Shown here one piece after another: positions 25,950 to 36,626 of a stretch of DNA of 64,000 nucleotides. Source of the stretch: Thermodesulfobacteriota bacterium (GTDB lineage Bacteria > Desulfobacterota > Desulfobacteria > Desulfobacterales > SURF-7); the NCBI GenBank assembly GCA_049320885.1, contig JBMORA010000001.1:306622-370621 (forward strand). The letters run 5' to 3'. The position numbers and the translations under genes were made by a program. The first letter of the stretch is position 1; each line of letters opens with the position of its first letter. The notes under the pieces were generated by a model, which saw nothing but the letters and a program-made list of their open reading frames with translations, was not told the DNA's origin and ran no database searches.

Positions 25950-28031
25950 TCACATATCGGATTTGAACAATTGGTCGGTTTCGGTGACGGTATTGGATGC
26001 CTGGCTGTATTCGGTCGGGACCGTCCCTTGCTTGAAACATTCAAAAATGGTGTTGGTGGATTCCGGGATGGGCAATTTGCCGGTATCGGCGTCGATCTGT
26101 GTGAACACCACGTCTTCCGGAACCTGGAACACCTCAATGGGCTGATCCGCGAGGACCCGCTTCATGAAACCGAGCCAGATGGGGCTTGCCGCCCTGGCGC
26201 CGGTTTCTCCGGCGCCAAGGGAACGCTCGCTGTCGAACCCCACCCAGGTCCCGGTGACGAGACCCGGTGTGTACCCGACGAACCAGGCGTCATGTAGTTT
26301 GTTGGTGGTGCCTGTTTTTCCCGCAACCGGGCGATTCAAGGCCAGGACACGCCTGCCGGTCCCGCGTTTTACCACCCCTTCCAGCAGATTGGTCATGATA
26401 TAGGCGGTGCTTTTTTCAATAACCCTTTCCCTTTCGGGAATGATCTCCTCCATCACGTTTCCGTCCCGGTCAACGATCTTGGTGACAAACACCGGCTCCA
26501 CCAGATATCCCTCATTGGCAAATACGGAATAGGCGGTTACCAGTTCCAGCAAGGACACCCCGGAAGAACCAAGGGCCATTGACAGGTCCCGGGTTAGGTT
26601 CGATTCAATCCCCAGCCGCCGGGCATACCGGATCGTGTAGTCGATGCCGATGTCCCTGAGGATCTTGATGGTGACGATATTCTTTGACTTTTCCAACGCG
26701 TCACGGAACAAGGTCGGGCCGAAAAATTTGCCTTCGTAGTTTTTCGGTTTCCAAGTGGTATCATGGGCCCTGTCGCGGAATACGATGGGGGTGTCCAGAA
26801 TCATGGTGGCCGGTGTATACCCCTTGTCCAGCGCGGCGGCATATATGATCGGCTTGAAAGCTGATCCAGGCTGACGGCGGGATTGCACCGCCCGATTGAA
26901 CTGGTTGTTCGTAAAATCATTGCCGCCCACCATGGCCTTCACATGTCCGGTCTCGGTCTCGAGACACAACAGCGCCGCCTGGGGCGCTGGTTGTTGTCCC
27001 GGTTCGGCCTCATATCCATGGCGCTTGGCAAGTTCCGCCAGGCCAAGGGCGATCTCATCCTGGGCTGCCTTTTGCATCTCGATATTGACCGCCGTATGGA
27101 TTGTCAAACCGGCGGTGTAGAGCATGTCCGCGCCGAATTTTTTTTCCACATACTGACGGACATGCTCCGTATAAAACGGCACGTTCTCGATATACAGATT
27201 GCGTCGCGGCTTGATGTCGAGATTCGTATTGATGGCCTCCGTGGCCTCGATGTTGGTAATGAAACCTTCCGCGAGCATGCGGTTGAGCACATAAATCTGC
27301 CTTTTTTTGGCCAGCTCCGGATTTCGCAGCGGTGAATATTTGCTGGGCGCCTGGGGCAAACCGGCCAGCAAGGCGCATTCCGCCAGGCCCAATTCCGCCA
27401 CGGACTTGCCGAAATAATTTTCCGCCGCTGCCTGTACGCCATAAGCGCCGTGTCCCAGGTAGATTTGGTTCAGATACAGATACAGGATTTCATCCTTGGA
27501 AAACAGCTTGTCGATCCGATACGAAAGGATCGCCTCCTTGATTTTCCGGGTATAGCTTCGCTCCGGGGTCAGCAGGAAAGACTTGGTGACCTGCTGGGTG
27601 ATGGTGCTTCCTCCCTGCACGATGGCGCCTGCCTCGATATTCTTGAACATGGCCCTGACGACACTGATCAGGTCAATTCCCTCATGTTGATAAAATCTGG
27701 CGTCCTCGGCCGCGACGAAGGCCTTGATCAATCGTTCCGGAATCTGGGATAACGGCACCACGATTCTGCGTTCCTTGAAAAACTCACCGATTTTTCTTCC
27801 ATCGTCCGAATACACCGTGGTGATCAATGAGGGACGATAGTCCTTCAAACTGGTAATCTGGGGCAGATCTTTCTGAATATGATGAAAAAAAACCGCAAAC
27901 GCGGCACCACCAATAAGAAGAGAAACAAAAAAGAGAAAAAGGGTGATCCGGAAAAGCCTTGTAAAAGAACCAGCCCTGGCTTTCTTTCCGCGCTTTTCCA
28001 GAATTTCCGTTGTTGTTTTTGGTTTATCCAT
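25950..28031 (-). CDS. mrcA: Penicillin-binding protein 1A family
   Basis: AAEDARFYQHEG, QGGSTITQQ, RKIKE, QPGSAFKP, SKN, GKTGT. Confidence 0.92.
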   Translation of the reverse strand: MDKPKTTTEILEKRGKKARAGSFTRLFRITLFLFFVSLLIGGAAFAVFFHHIQKDLPQITSLKDYRPSLITTVYSDDGRKIGEFFKERRIVVPLSQIPERLIKAFVAAEDARFYQHEGIDLISVVRAMFKNIEAGAIVQGGSTITQQVTKSFLLTPERSYTRKIKEAILSYRIDKLFSKDEILYLYLNQIYLGHGAYGVQAAAENYFGKSVAELGLAECALLAGLPQAPSKYSPLRNPELAKKRQIYVLNRMLAEGFITNIEATEAINTNLDIKPRRNLYIENVPFYTEHVRQYVEKKFGADMLYTAGLTIHTAVNIEMQKAAQDEIALGLAELAKRHGYEAEPGQQPAPQAALLCLETETGHVKAMVGGNDFTNNQFNRAVQSRRQPGSAFKPIIYAAALDKGYTPATMILDTPIVFRDRAHDTTWKPKNYEGKFFGPTLFRDALEKSKNIVTIKILRDIGIDYTIRYARRLGIESNLTRDLSMALGSSGVSLLELVTAYSVFANEGYLVEPVFVTKIVDRDGNVMEEIIPERERVIEKSTAYIMTNLLEGVVKRGTGRRVLALNRPVAGKTGTTNKLHDAWFVGYTPGLVTGTWVGFDSERSLGAGETGARAASPIWLGFMKRVLADQPIEVFQVPEDVVFTQIDADTGKLPIPESTNTIFECFKQGTVPTEYSQASNTVTETDQLFKSDM

Positions 28032-28164
28032 TTGAGAATCCCGCCTGCCGTTACCCGAACGCATAAATTGTTTCCAAAAAAAAAGCGACGTTGCGCATAA
28101 TCGGTTATTTTTATCAGATAACCGTTACCGAAGCAAGCAGCGACTGAACCAGAGCCGCCTTCCC

Positions 28165-28197
28165 GATATCGGTTTCGCACAGATATCGGTTTCGCAC
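28165..28197. repeat. Tandem duplication of a 16-mer
   Basis: GATATCGGTTTCGCAC at 28165-28180 and 28182-28197. Confidence 0.9.
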
Positions 28198-28306
28198 TTG
28201 TATTTTTCTTCCGGTTTATCCATAATCAGTCGCAATACATTGCACTGCGACGGATTATCCATCGCCATTCCCAGAATCCCCATTGCTGACACAAGGATCG
28301 GCCGCC

Positions 28307-29341
28307 ATGCAAAAACGCCAGAAAGACCACTTGCCCCAAAAGCCGCTGTTGATGAATCATTACCGACTTGCCGCGATCATTTCCCTGCTGATCCTGATCG
28401 TCGGTTGCGGAACAACCAAGATCAACCTGTTTCCCGACGATACGGAGCCTCTTCAGGAATTCACCCTCCAAGGCGAGGAGGAAGCCAAAATATTGCTGTT
28501 GCCGGTAAAAGGGGAAATCTCCGATGCCGAGCGGGAAGGCTATTTCCGGGCCGGCCCCAGTATGCTGCAGGAATTCATTTCCCAACTCCGGAAGGCGGAA
28601 AAGGATAAAAATATCAAGGCGGTTCTACTGAAAGTCGACTCTCCCGGAGGCTCCGTCACCGCCAGCGATATCATGTATAACGAACTGGTCCGCTACAAAC
28701 AAAAAACCGGTGCCAAAATTGTGGTGTCCATGATGGACCTGGCCGCTTCCGGTGGGTATTATATCTCCCTGCCGGCGGATTACATCATGGCCCATCCCAC
28801 CACGGTCACCGGTTCGGTGGGCGCCCTTTTCTTTCACTTCGAAATATACGGGTTGATGGATAAAATCGGTGTGGGAGCAGGGTTTTACAAATCCGGTAAG
28901 AACAAGGACATGAATTCTCCGCTGCGGGAGGCCACGGAAGAAGAAAAAATCCTGCTCAGCAATATCATCCACAATATGGCCGGACGATTTATCAGTCTGG
29001 TGAAAAAACACCGCAACCTGTCGCCCGCGGCCCTGGAAGAGGTGAAGACCGCGCGGTTATTTGTGGCGGATGATGCTCTGAAGCTGGGGCTGGTGGATGA
29101 GATCGGCTACCTGGACAAGGCCATCGAGCACGCCGGCCGCATCGCCGGCCTGGGGAAAGACCCCCAGCTCATCGTCTATCGCCGTTCAACCTATCCCAAC
29201 GACAACATTTACAACACTGCCATCAATGAGTTACCGGGCGGCCAACCGGCGTTGATCGATCTAGGCGCTCTCGGCGCCGCCGCCAAGACACGAGCCGGTT
29301 TTTATTATATCTGGCCTGGAGCGTTGGACCGCCTGCACTGA
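28307..29341 (+). CDS. sppA: Signal peptide peptidase SppA (S49), probable lipoprotein
   Basis: VDSPGGSV, AASGGYYI, TVTGSVG, KSGKNKD; lipobox IVG-C. Confidence 0.9.
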   Translation: MQKRQKDHLPQKPLLMNHYRLAAIISLLILIVGCGTTKINLFPDDTEPLQEFTLQGEEEAKILLLPVKGEISDAEREGYFRAGPSMLQEFISQLRKAEKDKNIKAVLLKVDSPGGSVTASDIMYNELVRYKQKTGAKIVVSMMDLAASGGYYISLPADYIMAHPTTVTGSVGALFFHFEIYGLMDKIGVGAGFYKSGKNKDMNSPLREATEEEKILLSNIIHNMAGRFISLVKKHRNLSPAALEEVKTARLFVADDALKLGLVDEIGYLDKAIEHAGRIAGLGKDPQLIVYRRSTYPNDNIYNTAINELPGGQPALIDLGALGAAAKTRAGFYYIWPGALDRLH

Positions 29342-29366
29342 CGCGGCATTCGGCGTTCCGCAGCCC

Positions 29367-30095
29367 TTACTTGAAAACGCTGCCGGCATCCTGTTTTTTC
29401 TGATACCCGGACTGCGCCGCTTCCTGCTGTAACAACTGCCGGAGGCGTTCGGCATAAACGATCATGATATGCTGCTCCGGTTTTCCGTAACGGCCGGCAA
29501 AACGGGTAATGACGAATACGTCCTGATGCTGACGCCAGCTCCTGGAAGTTCCCTCCCCTTCCGCCAGCAGGATCTCCTGCGGAGAGCCGAATTTTTCCGT
29601 GACGCTCTGGATCAAATCCGGCACCTCTTTTTTGGCGATCATTTTGATAACCAGGGGATGGCCGGAACGGTTGGCATAAATGAGTTCCACGTAGTCGAAT
29701 ATCGATTGACGCTGCTGGGGATAGCGGAAGGTCAGTTTGGTGGCCGGATACTCTTTCCGAACCACATCATTGATGTTCAATTCCTGCTCCAGTTCAGCCA
29801 GCTCCGGATAATAACGCTTTAAAAAACCTTTGTATTTTATTTCCAGGCTGATGGGAGTGCGCTTATCCACGGCCTCCGCCCCCAGCGCTTGATTCAATCG
29901 GGAAATGACCTCCGCGTCCACCACGGTGTTGACACCGATATCCATGAAAAGAAATGATTCCGGCAGCGCCTTCCCTCCCTCTCCCCGGGGACCGCGGTCG
30001 CACCCGCCCCCAAGGCAGACGACGAAGATGATGAAAATCAGGCCCGGGGTTCCGCGGAAAAATCGCCGGCTGTAAATCCTGTCATGTAAAATCAT
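29367..30095 (-). CDS. Hypothetical lipoprotein
   Basis: Hydrophobic stretch ending LGGG-C; long ORF directly after the PatB-type gene. Confidence 0.6.
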   Translation of the reverse strand: MILHDRIYSRRFFRGTPGLIFIIFVVCLGGGCDRGPRGEGGKALPESFLFMDIGVNTVVDAEVISRLNQALGAEAVDKRTPISLEIKYKGFLKRYYPELAELEQELNINDVVRKEYPATKLTFRYPQQRQSIFDYVELIYANRSGHPLVIKMIAKKEVPDLIQSVTEKFGSPQEILLAEGEGTSRSWRQHQDVFVITRFAGRYGKPEQHIMIVYAERLRQLLQQEAAQSGYQKKQDAGSVFK

Positions 30096-30112
30096 TTCCA
30101 CCCCTGACCTTT

Positions 30113-31282
30113 TCAAGCCTTTACCGTGGTTCCATGGCGTTGTGCCATGGCCCAATGCATTTTATTCAAACATTCTTCTAATTTGACACGCCGGCAGGCA
30201 AAATTCAAGCGCAGAAATCCGGGGGCGCCGAAATCGCTGCCATCGGACAACCCCACCCCGGCCTGTTCAAAAAATGTCGCCGGATTGTCCAGGCCGGCGT
30301 CTCGGCAGTCGATCCATGCAAGATAGGTTGCTTCCACATGCGCCATGGATAAGCCATCGATGTTCCTGATCTTTTGCTCCACGAGATCCCGGTTGCGCCG
30401 CAGATAAGGCAACAGCTCATCGAGCCAGCCTTTTCCGCCGCTGTAAGCCGCCATGGCCGCGACATACCCCAGTGTGTTCACGGCAGGCACAATTCCTTCC
30501 ATGGTTAGACGAAAGCGTTTCCGCAGTCCTTCGTCGGGAATGACGGCAAAGGAGACTCCCAACCCCGGAATATTGTAGGTCTTGCTGGGAGCCATCAGGG
30601 TGATCACCCGTCTCGCGATGACCGGATCGATGGCGGCCAAAGGGACATGCCGTCTGTCAGGTTCCAGCACCAGATCACAATGAATCTCATCCGAACAAAT
30701 GACGGTCCCGTATTTTTCACAGACCGACGCCAGCGCGATCAATTCCTGTTTGTCAAACATCCGGCCGGTGGGATTATGGGGATTGCATAACAATAGGAGC
30801 TTCACCTGTGGAGTTATTTTCCCGGCCAGTTCATCCAGATCCATGCCCCAGCGGCCGTCCGGATGGCGAATCATGGAAAAATCGATCCGTTTTTTATCCG
30901 CCAGACGCGGCGCACGTAAAAACGGCGGATAAATCGGCACCGAGGTAATGACGCCCGAGCCCTTTGCCCCCACTGCCCGGCAACTCAGGTTCAGACCCGT
31001 CACCAGTCCCGGAAGCCAGAGGATCCATTCCGGAGCCGCTTCCCAGCCGTATTGTCTCGTCAGATGGCGGCAGATCGTCTCCGTCAAGGCTGGAGGCGGA
31101 ACCGTATACCCGAAAATACCGTGCTCGATTCTTTTGCGCAGCGCCTCCACCACCACCGGAGGACTGCGGAAGTCCATGTCGGCCACCCAGAGGGGTTGGA
31201 TGTCGCGGTCTTTGTACTTTTCCCATTTCAGACTGTCGGTTCCGCGGCGATCGACGGGAGCGTCAAAATCGTGTTTGTTCAC
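30113..31282 (-). CDS. PatB/MalY-family C-S lyase
   Basis: DRRGTDSLKW, PLWVADMDF, LCNPHNPTG, SDEIH, APSKTYN; GTG start with RBS AAGGA. Confidence 0.9.
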   Translation of the reverse strand: MNKHDFDAPVDRRGTDSLKWEKYKDRDIQPLWVADMDFRSPPVVVEALRKRIEHGIFGYTVPPPALTETICRHLTRQYGWEAAPEWILWLPGLVTGLNLSCRAVGAKGSGVITSVPIYPPFLRAPRLADKKRIDFSMIRHPDGRWGMDLDELAGKITPQVKLLLLCNPHNPTGRMFDKQELIALASVCEKYGTVICSDEIHCDLVLEPDRRHVPLAAIDPVIARRVITLMAPSKTYNIPGLGVSFAVIPDEGLRKRFRLTMEGIVPAVNTLGYVAAMAAYSGGKGWLDELLPYLRRNRDLVEQKIRNIDGLSMAHVEATYLAWIDCRDAGLDNPATFFEQAGVGLSDGSDFGAPGFLRLNFACRRVKLEECLNKMHWAMAQRHGTTVKA

Positions 31283-31322
31283 CGGCGCGTCCTTCAAGAG
31301 GTGGAGGATGGGCACCCGGCTT

Positions 31323-31712
31323 TCACTTGGAAGCCACTTTGGCGGTTGAGACGCCGGTGCTGCCATGAATATTGCAACTTGCTTCCGCCTGGATCTCGAT
31401 GGGCTTCCGGAAGGCATATGGAAATGTCCGGGTAAAATTGTCGGACTCGGGCTTGCTAAAACCGCCGAAGGACCACCGGGCGACTTCTTCGCCGTCGATT
31501 TTAAGATAAACCCACTCGGTGTAATGCATAAAATTATTGCCGTCGTGGGAAACGTGCAGGGTAATGGTGATCTCACTGCCGGGGGCCGCGGATTCCGGCG
31601 CCTCGATGCGAACCGAGGATTTGTCCGCGTAGGCCGTGCTGAATGGGATTGTTATCAATACCAGACAGATTGCCATTGTTGCCGCCATGCCTTTGTTCAT
31701 TCTTGTCAGCAT
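31323..31712 (-). CDS. Exported small protein, desulfoferrodoxin/SOR-like Ig fold
   Basis: Signal peptide, HYTEWV, CNIHG; RBS AAAGGAG. Confidence 0.6.
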   Translation of the reverse strand: MLTRMNKGMAATMAICLVLITIPFSTAYADKSSVRIEAPESAAPGSEITITLHVSHDGNNFMHYTEWVYLKIDGEEVARWSFGGFSKPESDNFTRTFPYAFRKPIEIQAEASCNIHGSTGVSTAKVASK

Positions 31713-31769
31713 CGTCCGCTCCTTTCCATTACTGGTGATTGTTGGATATGCCCATCGCATTGGTTGGTT

Positions 31770-32033
31770 TCAGGAAGATCCGACTCCATCCTTTGTTTCT
31801 TCCGTATGACGTTCCGGATCACCGGGCTTGGCGGCTTCCCCTCTTGCGTCCCCGGTTTCCGGCTTTCCCCGGTACAACTCTATTGCGCCGTCCTGCCCAG
31901 AGAAGAGCCCCGGCCCCTTCTTCAATTCCCGGTCGCTTTCATAAAAAAACGGCTTTGGCGGGGCTCCGCAAGCCATGAACACGGGAATGGCCGCCAGCAA
32001 GACAAGAAAACTGCAGTGAATCGCCATTTTCAT
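31770..32033 (-). CDS. Small hypothetical lipoprotein
   Basis: Lipobox FMA-C; KKGPGLFSG motif; follows the porin gene. Confidence 0.65.
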   Translation of the reverse strand: MKMAIHCSFLVLLAAIPVFMACGAPPKPFFYESDRELKKGPGLFSGQDGAIELYRGKPETGDARGEAAKPGDPERHTEETKDGVGSS

Positions 32034-32042
32034 CGGGCCCCC

Positions 32043-33326
32043 CTAAAATTTCAATCGCACACCGCTCAGCACGGCAATAATACGGTTCAGTTCATCGTTG
32101 CGGCGGTCCAAATCGTAGTTGCGACATCCGATATAGAAATCGGTGGACCATCCATCGATTTGTTGAACCCCCAGCAAGCCGATGGATTTGGCCGTATCGC
32201 CGTTCCGGTCGACATCATAAAAACAGCCGATGTCAACCGCCAGGGCCGTCAACCCGGCCTGGAAAAAGTGCTTCTGATAGCCGCCTTTGAGATACGCATA
32301 TTTGCCGTCTTTCTTTCCGTCCGTGGTAAAACTAGTCCTTCCGGCTGCGAAAGTCCCGCTGAGGCCGCTGTCATGCAGCACCGAAAGCGAACTGTCGACC
32401 GCCTGATCGCAGGAACTGGAAGTATCGCCGAAATCGGCAAATGCGGCTGCCGATGCCAACCGAAATTCCCCAATCCGGGCGTTGTATCGTATGGCTGCGT
32501 CGCAAGCACCGCCGGAAACATTGGACCCGGACAGGACGATCCCATACACTTCCGGAGAATCATAGCGGATTCGATCATCCCTTCCCAGCCCGTCCATGTT
32601 GACAAATACGGTTCTGACAGTTGTATTCGTTAATCCTTCCGGCACCTTGTTGCTGTAAAAAAAATGGCCGCCAGCCATATCGCTGACGCTGGAATATCCG
32701 ATCACATCGGTTCCGGACAGATCGACTTCGGCGGTACTGTTGGAGGCGGTGTCGCCGTATCCGACGGACAGCCTGCCATACCGTTCCGTCTCCACGAAAA
32801 AATCCAGATGCCGTTTACGGAAATGGTTGTCCCCGGCCCCGTTTTTGTCAATCTGACTGACAAGGTTGCTGTCGTTGGACTGGAACTCGAATTCCAATTT
32901 AGCGCCGGCCCGGAACTCATGCCATTTCGGCAAATCGGCCGACAATCCGATCCGCGTGGAAGAATTGTCGTTGTCCACGTGATAAAAATTGCCGTCTTCA
33001 CCGTCGTCCGTATACAAAACACCGCGGTTGATCTGGCCGTAGAGTCGGACCCGGGCCTGTTCGTTCCCGCTTTCGACGAATAGCTTCCGCTGTTTATCCG
33101 CGGCGCTGTCTTTTCCGGTTGATGAGCGGGGATCTTTTTTTATGGCTGCCACTTCCCGCCGCAAGGACTCGATCATCCGGGCCTGCTCATCGATTTGCCG
33201 TTGCTGTTTCTCGATTTGCGCCGCCTGCCCCGATTCGGCCCCGTGAGCCGATGGCACATCATTCCACCGAAAACCGGCAATCAAGCCCAGTATTACGATT
33301 ATCGGGAAAACCCGCTCGGCTTTCAC
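32043..33326 (-). CDS. Outer-membrane porin
   Basis: Signal peptide, coiled coil, VRLYGQINRG, NSSTRIG, RIRYDSP, C-terminal Phe. Confidence 0.85.
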   Translation of the reverse strand: MKAERVFPIIVILGLIAGFRWNDVPSAHGAESGQAAQIEKQQRQIDEQARMIESLRREVAAIKKDPRSSTGKDSAADKQRKLFVESGNEQARVRLYGQINRGVLYTDDGEDGNFYHVDNDNSSTRIGLSADLPKWHEFRAGAKLEFEFQSNDSNLVSQIDKNGAGDNHFRKRHLDFFVETERYGRLSVGYGDTASNSTAEVDLSGTDVIGYSSVSDMAGGHFFYSNKVPEGLTNTTVRTVFVNMDGLGRDDRIRYDSPEVYGIVLSGSNVSGGACDAAIRYNARIGEFRLASAAAFADFGDTSSSCDQAVDSSLSVLHDSGLSGTFAAGRTSFTTDGKKDGKYAYLKGGYQKHFFQAGLTALAVDIGCFYDVDRNGDTAKSIGLLGVQQIDGWSTDFYIGCRNYDLDRRNDELNRIIAVLSGVRLKF

Positions 33327-33622
33327 ACATCCCCCCATTTGTCATGATTTCCATCGTCCATGGCCGGCCCGCATGGAACCCGACACAAACCGTCAGCCAG
33401 ACATCTATGCCGGTGAATCCACTTTACAAGCATTGCGCAAGTTGGTAAAAGAGGTTCTATCCGTTTACATCCGGCCGTTCCGCATCCGGTAACGAAAAGA
33501 CTCGCCGACACGAAAAAACGGACAGCTATCCGGCCGTTCATCCGTATTGGGTCTTCTCAACTAAATATGAATTCTTTATTTCTGTCAACCATTCAGCACC
33601 GACATTTCATGTAGAGGCCGCA

Positions 33623-35074
33623 ATGACCCTGTATTGTCACCAGCATCCGACCCGACCCGCCCACTGGCATTGTCCCAAATGCGACCAGAAATACTGCGCA
33701 TCCTGTGCCGTAAAAAGAGAAAAAAGCGCCTCCCATGGCGGTGACGTCATGCATCTATGCCCCAAGTGCATGGTGGCGACGGAATGGATTGCGGCCGTCA
33801 ATCTGATCGAGCCCTTCTGGAAACGGCTCCCGAAATTTTTCAGCTATCCTTTTTCGCTGCGGCCTGTTTCCCTGATCCTCGGGCTGAGTGTCATCAACCT
33901 GCTGTTTTCAGGCCAGGGGCTGATCAATTCAGTGATCCGCATGATTATTTGGGGCCTTCTGTTGAAATACGCTTACGCGGTCTTAAAAAAAACCGCCCAA
34001 GGTAATTTGATAGCGCCGGAAATCGACACAAAAACCCTGTCAGAGGATTTTACACAAGTTTTCAAGCAGCTGGGACTCTTTTTTGTACTAGCCTTCATCT
34101 TTTTCATGATCGTGCAAAAAGCCGGATTGTTGATGGGAGCCCTGTATCTGGTCTTTGCCGTCCTGTCCATTCCCGCCATGATTATCATTCTCGTGACCAC
34201 CGACAGTCTGCTGAACGCCATTAACCCTCTGCTCTTTATTCCCCTGGCCCTCCGTATCGGCTGGGGCTATCTGCTCATGTATTTTTTCCTGATTCTTCTG
34301 GCAAGCGCCCCGGCCGTGCTGGCCCAATACACCTTTTCCTTCTTGCCGGAAGCCTTGGCATTCTTTATTCTTACCCTGGCTGAAAATTATTATACGATCA
34401 TTTCCTACCACCTGATGGGATATGTAATCCTTCAATATCATCAGGAAATCGGCTATAAAGTGCACTTCGAGGACTTCCATTTCGACCAGGAGGAGTCGAA
34501 AAAGCAGCAGGAAGTGAAAAAGGAATCCCAGCTTCTGGATCAGGTCAATTTTCTATTGAAAGACGGCAATCACGATGAGGCGCTTTCCCTGATGAAACAG
34601 GAAAAAGACCGAAACGGTCTGGATGACCCATCCCTCTCGGAATACTACTACAAACTGCTCAAAATGAAAAAATTAAACGCTGAGCTGTTGGCGCACGCCA
34701 AGGATCATCTCGAACTGCTCATCCGGAAAAACCAAAGGGAACAGGCGTGCCAGGTATACGCGGAATCGTTGTCGATGGATGCGCAGTTCAATCCCGCGGC
34801 ATCGACATTGTTCAAACTGGGGGGCTGGTTGAATGACGGCGGTAAAAGCCGCGAAGCCATCGGGATCTTCAACCGCCTCTTGAAATCCTACCCCGATGAC
34901 CCCTTGATTCCCAAAGCCCTTTTTCGGGCGGCCCAGATTTACAACGACCGGTTGATGAACCCGGAAAAAGCCGAAAAAATTCTTCAAGGCCTTTTGAAAA
35001 AATATCCGGACCATGATTTCGCGCCGCAATTCGAAAAATACCTGAAACAAATGCGGCCCGCGGCATCTTTATAG
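33623..35074 (+). CDS. Membrane protein with N-terminal B-box-like Zn finger and C-terminal TPRs
   Basis: CHQHP..A.WHCPKC....CASC, several TM helices, TPR-like helices. Confidence 0.8.
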   Translation: MTLYCHQHPTRPAHWHCPKCDQKYCASCAVKREKSASHGGDVMHLCPKCMVATEWIAAVNLIEPFWKRLPKFFSYPFSLRPVSLILGLSVINLLFSGQGLINSVIRMIIWGLLLKYAYAVLKKTAQGNLIAPEIDTKTLSEDFTQVFKQLGLFFVLAFIFFMIVQKAGLLMGALYLVFAVLSIPAMIIILVTTDSLLNAINPLLFIPLALRIGWGYLLMYFFLILLASAPAVLAQYTFSFLPEALAFFILTLAENYYTIISYHLMGYVILQYHQEIGYKVHFEDFHFDQEESKKQQEVKKESQLLDQVNFLLKDGNHDEALSLMKQEKDRNGLDDPSLSEYYYKLLKMKKLNAELLAHAKDHLELLIRKNQREQACQVYAESLSMDAQFNPAASTLFKLGGWLNDGGKSREAIGIFNRLLKSYPDDPLIPKALFRAAQIYNDRLMNPEKAEKILQGLLKKYPDHDFAPQFEKYLKQMRPAASL

Positions 35075-36553
35075 AATTTCGATCTTTTGGATCTCGCTCT
35101 TCAGCATGTCGGCGGCGATGGCGCACTCGGGAGTATCCCGGTAATACTTGCATACAATCTGGAGATATCGCTTCCATTTATCCTGGTCGCCTCTCTTGCG
35201 GCTGGCTGTCGCCAGTTGTATCAGACCGGCCGACAAGCCTTGCAAATCGGGTTTCTTTTTCAGCAGCAATAACGCAATTTTCTCCGCGCTGTGAAGACGC
35301 CCGATACCGGCAAAAACCGAAATCAGCCGGACATAGATATCCGGGGTCAGTTTGGGAGGTTTGGCAATGCGGGTATACTCCTGATACACATCCCAGACCT
35401 TGCCATGGTCATTTCTATCCAAACACAGCCGGTTCAATAAGCGTTTGGCAGAATCATGGAACCGCTGTTTCTGGGGATCGATCTTTTCGATATTGAAGAG
35501 ATGCCAAAGCGCCTCGCTGTTTTTCGGATCTTTCCGCAGCACTTCCTCCAACAGCTTCCGCCCACCCTCCATGTCGAGAACTCCGATGCGCTGCAGGGCT
35601 TTTTCCATGATCGGCAGAATCTCATTTGCCGGTTCTTCCTCCTGAAATTGAACGGTTTTGACATTGAACAATTTCTTGTTGACAAGTCCGAACAATGCCC
35701 CGCTCAACAATCCACCGATGTGAGCCACATAGGCGACATTGCTTTCGGAATCCATCAACAACTGTACAACCTCGTTGCCGACCCAGAGGGGAAACAGCAT
35801 GACGGCCGGGAAACGGATATAGTTGAAATAAAATCCCAATGAATAAAAAAGCTTGATCCGGGTCTTTCCGAACATCACGGCAAAAGCGCCCATGAGACCG
35901 GCAATGGCGCCGGAAGCCCCCACCAGCGGCGCCATGTCGTCCATATATGCCAGCCAGAACAAAACCGCCGCCGCGATGCCGGTTATGACATATCCCGCCG
36001 CGCAAAACAGACGACCGCAGCCCATCTCCAGCAAACAACCGATCAACCAAAGGAAAATCATATTGCCGAACAGATGCCCGAAGCCGCCATGTAAAAACAT
36101 ATAGGTGAAAACCGTGAGAATGGAGTGATGCGCCGGGCGGAACCCGTAGGATCGCGCCACGATCCGCTCTACTATTTTTTCATATCGTCTGCGGAGTTCC
36201 CGCCACCTGGGGTAATCCGGATCATCTGGCGGAATCAGGGTCCTGCTTTCAATTCGCTCCTGAAACCTGGCGTCCGTTTCCATATCTCGGTAGACATTCA
36301 TCAGGGTTTCCCGATTCATGTCCTCCGCCTGCATTTCCCGGGGAACGGATTCAGGCCGGTTATGCTCCAGGTAGCGTGGAATCTCCAGGTCGGAAAGGCC
36401 GGAATCAAAATAGTAAGTGTAGGCCTCGAATTGGTTCCGATCATCGCCGATCTGGAAAAAAACAAACACAAGCACGTTGATCAATATCAGGGCGATGGTG
36501 ACAGCCGGTGGATTACGCCAGCTGATCTTTCCGGTGATGGGAATCAGGAGCAT
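35069..36553 (-). CDS. Rhomboid intramembrane serine protease with C-terminal TPR-like domain
   Basis: FLHGGFGHLFGNM, GASGAIAG, AHIGGL. Confidence 0.9.
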   Translation of the reverse strand: MLLIPITGKISWRNPPAVTIALILINVLVFVFFQIGDDRNQFEAYTYYFDSGLSDLEIPRYLEHNRPESVPREMQAEDMNRETLMNVYRDMETDARFQERIESRTLIPPDDPDYPRWRELRRRYEKIVERIVARSYGFRPAHHSILTVFTYMFLHGGFGHLFGNMIFLWLIGCLLEMGCGRLFCAAGYVITGIAAAVLFWLAYMDDMAPLVGASGAIAGLMGAFAVMFGKTRIKLFYSLGFYFNYIRFPAVMLFPLWVGNEVVQLLMDSESNVAYVAHIGGLLSGALFGLVNKKLFNVKTVQFQEEEPANEILPIMEKALQRIGVLDMEGGRKLLEEVLRKDPKNSEALWHLFNIEKIDPQKQRFHDSAKRLLNRLCLDRNDHGKVWDVYQEYTRIAKPPKLTPDIYVRLISVFAGIGRLHSAEKIALLLLKKKPDLQGLSAGLIQLATASRKRGDQDKWKRYLQIVCKYYRDTPECAIAADMLKSEIQKIEIL

Positions 36554-36587
36554 TTCGGAGGGCCCGTCTCTGTGCTGATGATTGGTT

Positions 36588-36626
36588 CAGGAGAAGTCCG
36601 GCGACCCAATCTCCGGACTTCTCCTG
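36588..36626. other. Perfect 14-bp hairpin directly after the gltA stop (RNA stability element or weak terminator)
   Basis: CAGGAGAAGTCCGG/CCGGACTTCTCCTG; no U-tract. Confidence 0.6.

Noticed and set aside
31365..32633. 422-aa + strand ORF
   Set aside because: Antisense to three credible - strand genes.
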